The translations under genes were made by a program, and so were the position numbers. The notes beneath the pieces were generated by a model. It searched no databases. It saw only the letters and a list, made by a program, of their open reading frames with translations, and had not been told where the DNA came from. From an uncultured Fibrobacterota bacterium (lineage in GTDB: Bacteria; Fibrobacterota; Chitinivibrionia; Chitinivibrionales; WJKA01), in the NCBI GenBank assembly GCA_964571815.1, contig CAZNDN010000137.1, forward strand, positions 1 to 10,555: a stretch of 10,555 nt of DNA, read 5' to 3'. This document shows, piece by piece, positions 1-5,974 of the stretch (within the stretch, counting starts at the first letter, position 1; each line of letters begins with the position of its first letter).

Positions 1-405
1 CCAAAGTGGATACCGGATTACATCAAGGTGCAGACTGGCTTTGCCTTGGATTGGGGACGGACTATGTTTTATATCTTAACGCCTGAGGCGAGAGAGTGCG
101 ATACGGTATCCCGCCGCTGCACTCCCTCAGCGGAGGTGTTGATTCCACAGCCGGGGGCGAGAACTCCGGGCTGGTACTTCCCGCCCCTTCCCGGCTTCGC
201 AAAGTTCGCCGCGGCAGGCTACACCTACGACCTGTACTCCACCAACTCGATTACGAGGACGCGCACGCCTGTCCCGGGCATGTCGAAGGGAGCACGACTC
301 AGACTAACGTTCGCTGCCTTCGGCTCTCGCGTCTCCCGGTTTCGTAGACCGAGCCGCGGCAAGCTGCCTCCTGTGTCCCTCTTTCGGGTCCTTTGAATTT
401 TACTC

Positions 406-434
406 TTGACATCCCGGGAAAAATGTTGTATATT
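406..434 (+). promoter_or_regulatory. Sigma70-type promoter for the GntR-led operon: -35 TTGACA (406-411), 17-nt spacer, -10 TATATT (429-434)
   Basis: Seen in sequence: a perfect TTGACA hexamer, a 17-nt spacer, and a TATATT hexamer (4/6 to TATAAT). It lies about 40 nt upstream of the first ATG of the regulator gene and 10 nt after the last in-frame stop of the upstream region. Confidence 0.6.
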
Positions 435-437
435 GCT

Positions 438-461
438 ATTGTACTGGTTAACCATAACAAT
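438..461 (+). promoter_or_regulatory. Putative GntR-family operator: 24-bp imperfect palindrome ATTGTact-GGTTAACC-ataACAAT, centred on a perfect GGTTAACC core
   Basis: Seen in sequence: the 8-bp core is a perfect palindrome and the flanking ATTGT/ACAAT arms are a perfect inverted repeat. The GT...AC arrangement matches the generic GntR operator pattern. The site starts 4 nt after the -10 hexamer, so it overlaps the expected transcription start and would support autorepression. Confidence 0.5.
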
Positions 462-475
462 CGAACAGTCGGACA

Positions 476-883
476 ATGACCATGGCATTCACGTTTTCAC
501 TCAACAGCTCAAGCGGGGTTCCGTACTATCGGCAGATAGTCAACCAGGTGATATTCGGCATTGCCAACGGCATGCTCAAACCCGGGCAGCGGCTCCCCAC
601 GGTTCGCCAACTGGCCGTCGACCTCCAGGTGAATCTCAATACTATTGTCAAGGCCTACAACGAACTTGAGCTTCGGGGCATTATCAACACGCAGCAGGGA
701 ACCGGAACGTTCGTGGCGGAAAGCGGCGATGAAGTCGATCCCGTGGAGAAGCAGAAGGGAATCGAGCGGGTGTGCGGGGCGTTTCTCGATGAGCTGGCCG
801 CACTGGGGGTCGGCACGACCGAGGCGATTGCCACACTGAAAACCATAGAAAGCAAACGCAGGAACACTTCACAAGGGAGTTAG
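476..883 (+). CDS. GntR-family transcriptional regulator, short YtrA-like subtype (winged HTH plus a ~50-aa C-terminal tail)
   Basis: The translation PYYRQIVNQVIFGIANGMLKPGQRLPTVRQLAVDLQVNLNTIVKAYNELELRGIINTQQGTGTFVA is a textbook GntR winged-helix HTH. The short C-terminal domain is typical of YtrA-subfamily members, which are commonly the first gene of ABC-transporter operons. An alternative start ATG lies at 482. Confidence 0.8.
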   Translation: MTMAFTFSLNSSSGVPYYRQIVNQVIFGIANGMLKPGQRLPTVRQLAVDLQVNLNTIVKAYNELELRGIINTQQGTGTFVAESGDEVDPVEKQKGIERVCGAFLDELAALGVGTTEAIATLKTIESKRRNTSQGS

Positions 884-886
884 CCA

Positions 887-1861
887 ATGGGAGCGAAAAC
901 CAGGGAAAAGGAGTACGAAGAGCGGCGGGAGTTCAACCCCGTGCTGTGGAGCGTGAGAAAACGACTGTTTGCACTTCGGCGATACCGGATCAACCTGATC
1001 CTGCTGATCGCGGCCGTGGTTCTCGGTATCGGCCCGTGGACTCCGGGCGTGTCGCCGTGGGTGCGGCTTGCCGCGGCGGCCGTGGTCGCGCTGGTTGGTG
1101 TGTCGATACGCGTGGCGTTTGAATGGGAGCGTGTGCCCGTGCTTCGGTTCGGACGTTTCATCAAGATCAAGGGTCCGGGCCTGTTTTTCCTGATTCCGGT
1201 TGTCGATGTTGCCTACGACTACGTGGACTGCCGGATCAAGGTCACGGATTTCTCGGCGGAGAAGGTACTGACTCGCGATGCGGTGCCGATATTCGTGGAT
1301 GCGATCATTTTCTGGATGATCTGGGATGCGGGCAAGGCGAAGCTCGAGGTGGAAAACTACCATATCGCCGTGCCGCTGAGCGCCAAAACCGCTCTTCGGG
1401 ACATTATCGGCAAGACCACTCTGGCGCGGCTGCTCACCGACCGCGACGAGATCGGGCAGGAGCTGCAGAAGATCCTCGATGCCAGGACCAATCCCTGGGG
1501 GATTACATCGCTGTCGGTGGAGATCAAGGACATCGTAGTGCCGCCGGAGCTTGAGGATGCGATCAGCAGGGAGGCGCAGGCCGAGCGTGAGAAGAACGCG
1601 CGGGTGATCCTGGGATCGGCCGAGATCGAGCTTTCGGAGCAATACGCGGAAGCATCGCGGCGCTACAAGGGCAACGAAGAGGCGCTGACGCTCAGGTCGC
1701 TGAACCTGCTGCTGGATGCGCTCAAGACCAAGGGGTCGATGATACTGGTGCCCTCGGAGGTGCCGCACGTGATGAACAAGGCCGTGGCTGCCGCCATGGC
1801 CAGGAATGCGCGGGGTGAGGGCGGATCGGGTGTGGACGAGGGGAATGTGACGGTGGAGTAG
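887..1861 (+). CDS. SPFH/band-7 domain membrane protein (stomatin/prohibitin/flotillin-like), with two N-terminal hydrophobic segments
   Basis: The start is 3 nt after the regulator stop, with an AAGGGAG SD at 873-879. The translation has an N-terminal membrane anchor (INLILLIAAVVLGIGPW and LAAAAVVALVGVSI). It is followed by an SPFH core (VLRFGRFIKIKGPGLFFLIPVVD...KVLTRDAVPIFVDAIIFWMIWDAGKA...) and a Glu/Ala-rich coiled-coil tail (EAQAEREKNARVILGSAEIELSEQYAEASRRY). Confidence 0.85.
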   Translation: MGAKTREKEYEERREFNPVLWSVRKRLFALRRYRINLILLIAAVVLGIGPWTPGVSPWVRLAAAAVVALVGVSIRVAFEWERVPVLRFGRFIKIKGPGLFFLIPVVDVAYDYVDCRIKVTDFSAEKVLTRDAVPIFVDAIIFWMIWDAGKAKLEVENYHIAVPLSAKTALRDIIGKTTLARLLTDRDEIGQELQKILDARTNPWGITSLSVEIKDIVVPPELEDAISREAQAEREKNARVILGSAEIELSEQYAEASRRYKGNEEALTLRSLNLLLDALKTKGSMILVPSEVPHVMNKAVAAAMARNARGEGGSGVDEGNVTVE

Positions 1862-1893
1862 TGGGAGGTGCTCGACCCTTCGACGGGTACATG

Positions 1894-1915
1894 CTGAGCC
1901 TGTCGAGGGGCTCAG
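1894..1915 (+). other. GC-rich hairpin (CTGAGCC-8 nt loop-GGCTCAG) in the 192-bp SPFH-MMPL intergenic gap; no following U-tract
   Basis: Seen in sequence: a perfect 7-bp inverted repeat about 33 nt after the SPFH stop, followed by GATGAGTCCCGC rather than a T-run. This is not a canonical intrinsic terminator. It could be an mRNA processing or stability element, or a partial attenuator. Confidence 0.3.
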
Positions 1916-2053
1916 GATGAGTCCCGCACTGTTGCTTGGGACAGGCGTAAGGGTTGCGTTGGGTCACCGCGGAGGGTGAGTGTCTGAGAGTTTTTGGAAA
2001 ACCGCAAGAGTGCTCAAACATGGCCTTGGAAACAGGGGGTAGAGGAGACAATC

Positions 2054-5002
2054 ATGCGAACGAGACTGTATAGGTGGCTGGCCGGACTGGTGACCCGTCA
2101 TCCGGGCAAGGTCCTGATCGGATGTGCGGTGATGACCGTGTTGCTGCTGGCGGCCTCCGGGCGGCTGGGCATGAAAACGCAGTTTGCCGACATGCTGCCC
2201 GAGGATATCCCTCAGATCAAGGAGTTTCTGGAGATTGTCGAAGACTACGGTTCCGAATCCACGGTCATGATTACCGTGGAGAGCAGGGACAAGGACGTGA
2301 AAGGCATGCGGGCGTGCGCCGACGATCTGGCCGGACGGCTGGAGAAGATCTCTCTGCCGAAGCCCGTCGACGAAAGCAAACTCTCGATCGGACACAAAAT
2401 CGCTCTTGCCCGGGGGCGGTCCCCATCGGACATTGCCTGGGACACACTGCAGCTTGTCAAGCGTGTCGACTACAAGCTCGACAACGAGTTTGTCGCCGAG
2501 CACGGCCTGATGATTCAGAAGACCAACGACCTGGAAAGCATGATCGATATGTTCGGGTCGCTCGGGCTTCCGGGGCTTATCCGCAATATCAACGACAATT
2601 TCGAGAAGGAGTACATCGAAGACTCCGACAATCTTACCACCCTCGACGGTGAGGGGCAGGCGGTGCAGGGGCTGGAAGGCATACGCAGGTTCCTGATGAG
2701 CATCCGGCGGTATATCGACAATCCCGACTCCGAAGAGGTGGCGCGGGCCGTGGCCGATTTTGTCACCGGACCCCGGTATTTCGTGTCGCCCGACAACAGC
2801 ATGATCCTGCTCATGCTGCAGCCGACGATCAGTTTCAATGAATTCGAAGACCTGATGTATCTGGGGTACCGTATCGACGATACGCTGGGGGTGGTCCGGG
2901 AAGCGTATCCCGAGCTTGATCTGGGCCGCACGGGCGCAATGATGGTGCAGATTGACGAAAACTACGCTATGGCAAAGGACTTCGGCTGGCCGAGCCTGAT
3001 TATCCTGGCGCTTATCCTGCTGCTGTTGATCGGCTCGTTCCGCACCTGGAAGAACCCCTTCTATTCGGTCGCTACGCTGGTTGCGGGGATCGTGTGGACC
3101 GCCGGCATCCTGGCGCTGGTGCTTCACTACCTCAATATGATGTCGGCCGGATTCGGTATCGTGCTGATCGGGCTGGGTATCGATTTCGGCATACATTTCA
3201 TCTCCGGCTACCGCGACGGGCGCGAGCAGGGGATGTCGCCGAAGGACTCGATTTTCTACATGTACACGCGGGTCGGCGCCGGTGTCTGGACCGGAGCCTT
3301 GACAACCGCAATTGTCTTCTTCACCATGCCCCTGACCCGGTTCGAGGCGTACTCGCAGATGGGTCTTGCCATGGGAATCGGAATCGTCACGGTACTGATT
3401 GCCATGATGGTGATGCTGCCGGCGCTGATCGTCTGGGACAACAAGGGCTATTCGGTTGTCGGCAAGGCGCTGCGAAGACTGGGGCTCGGTTTCGTCGTCA
3501 CGGGCTGGAACGCCGCCGGCAGAGCGATTGCCGCGGTATTCCGCCTGCCGGTGTTCGGGTGGATCAGCGGCGTGTTCCAGTTCGGGTTCCTTTCGACGAT
3601 CGGGCGCCTGATCGGGCATCCCGTGGTTGCAGTCGGCGCGCTGGCGCTTAGCGGCGTGGTGGTGTACGTGTCGATCTCCGGCGGTATGAAGATGCAGTGG
3701 GAGTACGACATGATGGAGCTGTCGGCCAAGGGCGCCCTGGGGTATGTAACCCAGGAGAAGATTATCGATCACTTCGAATTCAGCCCCGACTATGCCATGG
3801 TCAAGGCCGGCAGTATTGAGGAGTGCCGCGAGATGGTGCGGGAGTACAAGAAGATCGGCAATCGCACCGGCCTGATCGGCCAGGTCGACGCGATCACCGA
3901 GTTTCTCCCGCCCCGGGACGTGCAGGAGGCCAACGCGGAGGTGATCCGACAGTTCGCGGACACGGTGCGCGCAATGCCGATCCCCGTATCCCTGGACACC
4001 GGCGGCATGCACGAGCTTTTACGGGAGCTGGAGCGGCTGCACCGGAATATCGTCGAGATCGGCGCGCTTTCGGTGATGAGCAGCGGCGAGAACAACAAGA
4101 TCGTGCGCAAGTGCGACCGGATTGTGGGGAAGCGTGATGAAGACAGTTTCATTCTGGCCCTGGCCTCGGAAGTGGGTGGGTTGGATGAGAACACGCGGGT
4201 GATCGGCGCCTACCAGAGGATCATGGCCGGCGTGCTCAAGCGCAAACTGCTCGGCATGGCCTCGACCGACTGGGTGACGTTCGAGAGTCTTCCCCATGAT
4301 ATCAGGAAGCGGTATGTCAACCCGCGAAACGACGATCTTCTGATCAACGTCTATCCCAAGGGCTATATCTGGGATGAGAAAAACCTGAGCAAATTCAACG
4401 AGCAGACCGCACGGGTATCGGAGCGCATCACCGGCATGCCGGCCCTGATGCAACTGATGATGGGGTTGATGGCGGAGAAAGGGAGACTGGCGGTGATCTT
4501 CGGGGTGTGCGCGATCGCGGTATTCCTGCTGCTTGATTTCCGCTCGCTGTTCTACACCGTACTGGCGGTCATTCCCCTGGCGGTCGGCGCAGCCTGGATG
4601 GTCGGGTGCATGGCGATGCTGGGCATGAAACTGAGCATGGTCAATTTCATGGCGCTTCCGCTCATCATTGGAATCGGTATCGATGACGGCGTGCATGTTC
4701 TTCACCGGTATCGTATTGAAGGACGGGGTTCCATGCCCCTGGTGCTCACGTATACCGGTCGGGCCATACTGCTGACATCGCTGACCACCATGATCGGTTT
4801 CGGCTCCATGGGACTGGCATCGCATCGGGGTCTTGCGGGCCTGGGGAAGACCCTGTTTTTCGGTGTCGGCTGCTGTTTTCTCAGTTCGGTGATCGTGCTG
4901 CCGGCAATCATCACACTGTGGGAGCGAATATTCAAGGCCGGGAGGGTCCGAGCGACCGCATCGGATACACAGCGGCCGGAGCTTCACGGAAAGGAAGGTT
5001 GA
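2054..5002 (+). CDS. RND-superfamily exporter of the MMPL/COG1033 type (HpnN-like putative lipid transporter), 982 aa, 12 predicted TM helices with two large periplasmic domains
   Basis: ATG at 2054 with an AGAGGAGA SD 6-7 nt upstream. The ORF track starts at an unlikely TTG at 1994. Translation shows the RND 1+5 / 1+5 TM topology with periplasmic loops of ~250 and ~300 aa. Both TM4 and TM10 carry the conserved GxxxD-type motifs: GIVLIGLGIDFGIHFISGY and PLIIGIGIDDGVHVLHRY. Confidence 0.85.
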   Translation: MRTRLYRWLAGLVTRHPGKVLIGCAVMTVLLLAASGRLGMKTQFADMLPEDIPQIKEFLEIVEDYGSESTVMITVESRDKDVKGMRACADDLAGRLEKISLPKPVDESKLSIGHKIALARGRSPSDIAWDTLQLVKRVDYKLDNEFVAEHGLMIQKTNDLESMIDMFGSLGLPGLIRNINDNFEKEYIEDSDNLTTLDGEGQAVQGLEGIRRFLMSIRRYIDNPDSEEVARAVADFVTGPRYFVSPDNSMILLMLQPTISFNEFEDLMYLGYRIDDTLGVVREAYPELDLGRTGAMMVQIDENYAMAKDFGWPSLIILALILLLLIGSFRTWKNPFYSVATLVAGIVWTAGILALVLHYLNMMSAGFGIVLIGLGIDFGIHFISGYRDGREQGMSPKDSIFYMYTRVGAGVWTGALTTAIVFFTMPLTRFEAYSQMGLAMGIGIVTVLIAMMVMLPALIVWDNKGYSVVGKALRRLGLGFVVTGWNAAGRAIAAVFRLPVFGWISGVFQFGFLSTIGRLIGHPVVAVGALALSGVVVYVSISGGMKMQWEYDMMELSAKGALGYVTQEKIIDHFEFSPDYAMVKAGSIEECREMVREYKKIGNRTGLIGQVDAITEFLPPRDVQEANAEVIRQFADTVRAMPIPVSLDTGGMHELLRELERLHRNIVEIGALSVMSSGENNKIVRKCDRIVGKRDEDSFILALASEVGGLDENTRVIGAYQRIMAGVLKRKLLGMASTDWVTFESLPHDIRKRYVNPRNDDLLINVYPKGYIWDEKNLSKFNEQTARVSERITGMPALMQLMMGLMAEKGRLAVIFGVCAIAVFLLLDFRSLFYTVLAVIPLAVGAAWMVGCMAMLGMKLSMVNFMALPLIIGIGIDDGVHVLHRYRIEGRGSMPLVLTYTGRAILLTSLTTMIGFGSMGLASHRGLAGLGKTLFFGVGCCFLSSVIVLPAIITLWERIFKAGRVRATASDTQRPELHGKEG

Positions 5003-5004
5003 TC

Positions 5005-5220
5005 ATGTCTGATGTCGGGAACACGAACCGGTTGATGCGGTCGAAGTGCGATGGGCGCTTCTCCGCCGGCGCGGTGCGCCGCGCGCTGAGAGCGCTTTCC
5101 GAGCGGGCGTCGTCTCTTTCACCACGCGGGAACCGTCGGACGGTGAGCGCGTTCTACTGGGGTCTTCCGGAACATTGTCGCCTACCGGGCGGCGGCTTCA
5201 AGGAGGTGTATCATGATTAG
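5005..5220 (+). CDS. Possible small coupling ORF (71 aa, Arg-rich, no recognisable domain) bridging the MMPL and LolA-like genes
   Basis: ATG lies 3 nt after the MMPL stop, with a strong AAGGAAGG SD 6 nt upstream (inside the MMPL 3' end). Third-codon positions are mostly G/C, like the neighbouring genes. Its stop TAG (5218-5220) overlaps the LolA-like ATG (5213) as ATGATTAG. Weaknesses: it is a sub-ORF of the 4918..5220 ORF, there are no homology signals, and the composition (R/S/G/A) could be random GC-rich sequence. Confidence 0.3.
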   Translation: MSDVGNTNRLMRSKCDGRFSAGAVRRALRALSERASSLSPRGNRRTVSAFYWGLPEHCRLPGGGFKEVYHD

Positions 5221-5947
5221 GGCTTTGTTTCTCTCGATGCTTGCGGCGCTACCCGCGGGAGCGCTCACCGTGGATGAGATACTTGACAAGATGGAGGCCA
5301 ACGAGGAGGCGCGGACATCACGCATGGAAGCGACCATGGTGGTGTATGATGTCGCCGGCAAGGAGCGGACTTCGGAGCTTATCAGCTACGGCTGCGACAA
5401 GGGTGACAAGGGGCTCATGGAGTATGTCTCGCCGGCGCGGATCAAGGGCATGAAGATGCTGATGCTCAACGACGGGGACGATATCTGGGTGTATTTCCCC
5501 CGTACCGCACGCGTGCGCAAGATCGCATCGCACCAGAAGAAGCAGTCGGTCAACAACTCCGATTTCAGCTATGAAGACCTGTCCATGCGCGACAATCGCA
5601 AGGACTATCACTGCACGCTCGCCGGTGAAGAGACAAAAGACGGCGCGGCATGCTACAAGATTGTCATGAAGGCCAGGGACCCGGAGAAGACCTATCAGAG
5701 GATAGTCATGTGGGTGGACAAGGAAAGCTTCGTTTCCGTTGCCGCCGAGTTTTTCGATGAGGACGGGCAGTTGTGGAAGCAACTGGAGGTTGACGATGTC
5801 ACCCGGATCGGCGACTACTGGACGGCCAGGACAATCGAGATGAAGGATGTCCAGAAAGGGAGCCGCACGGTGATGAAGATGGACAAGATCGAGTATGATA
5901 TCCAGCTCGATGAAAGCATGTTCAGCGAACGGTATCTGAAGAAGTAA
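5213..5947 (+). CDS. LolA-like periplasmic protein (outer-membrane lipoprotein-sorting / LolA_like family, the kind genomically paired with MMPL exporters), with signal peptide
   Basis: AGGAGGT SD 5 nt upstream. N-terminal signal peptide MIRALFLSMLAALPAGA. The mature N-terminus LTVDEILDKMEANEEARTSRMEATMVVYD matches, by memory, the characteristic start of the LolA_like family found next to RND/MMPL genes. The rest is beta-rich, consistent with an unclosed beta-barrel carrier fold. No cysteine lipobox, so it is soluble periplasmic rather than a lipoprotein. Confidence 0.55.
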   Translation: MIRALFLSMLAALPAGALTVDEILDKMEANEEARTSRMEATMVVYDVAGKERTSELISYGCDKGDKGLMEYVSPARIKGMKMLMLNDGDDIWVYFPRTARVRKIASHQKKQSVNNSDFSYEDLSMRDNRKDYHCTLAGEETKDGAACYKIVMKARDPEKTYQRIVMWVDKESFVSVAAEFFDEDGQLWKQLEVDDVTRIGDYWTARTIEMKDVQKGSRTVMKMDKIEYDIQLDESMFSERYLKK

Positions 5948-5974
5948 ACCGCCGGGGGCGGAGGGGAGGCAGGT

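Noticed and set aside
237-244. CTCCACCA motif resembling a tRNA or tmRNA 3' terminus
   Set aside because: No T-arm (GGTTCGAATCC-like) or acceptor-stem complementarity upstream, so this is a chance match.
28-396. ORFs 28..396 and 96..347 (+) and 225..488 (-) as protein-coding genes
   Set aside because: No RBS and no domain-like sequence, and the composition is strongly biased (R/T/P/S). The 225..488 minus ORF would have to start inside the operon promoter. They are kept only as an unexplained region in the findings.
1-400. Known structured RNAs (tmRNA, RNase P, SRP/4.5S, 6S, 5S/23S ends, group II intron domain V, cobalamin riboswitch) in the leader region
   Set aside because: I scanned both strands by eye for the conserved cores (GGAAAGUCCGGGCUCC, AGGGUGAAA, GUCCGGAAGGAAGCAGC, the B12 box, the domain V consensus). 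Only loose, partial resemblances were found. This needs an Infernal scan to settle.
1985-2035. Possible sigma54 (-24 GG / -12 GC) promoter in TGGAAAACCGCAAGAGTGC upstream of the MMPL gene
   Set aside because: The GG-to-GC spacing is ~14 nt instead of 10, and the -24 element is TGGAAA rather than TGGCAC, so it does not fit the consensus.
1994-2053. ORF-track start of the MMPL gene at 1994
   Set aside because: Position 1994 is a TTG, not an ATG, and has no SD. The ATG at 2054 is preceded by AGAGGAGA at optimal spacing, and the first TM helix begins right after it. The MMPL start is therefore moved to 2054.
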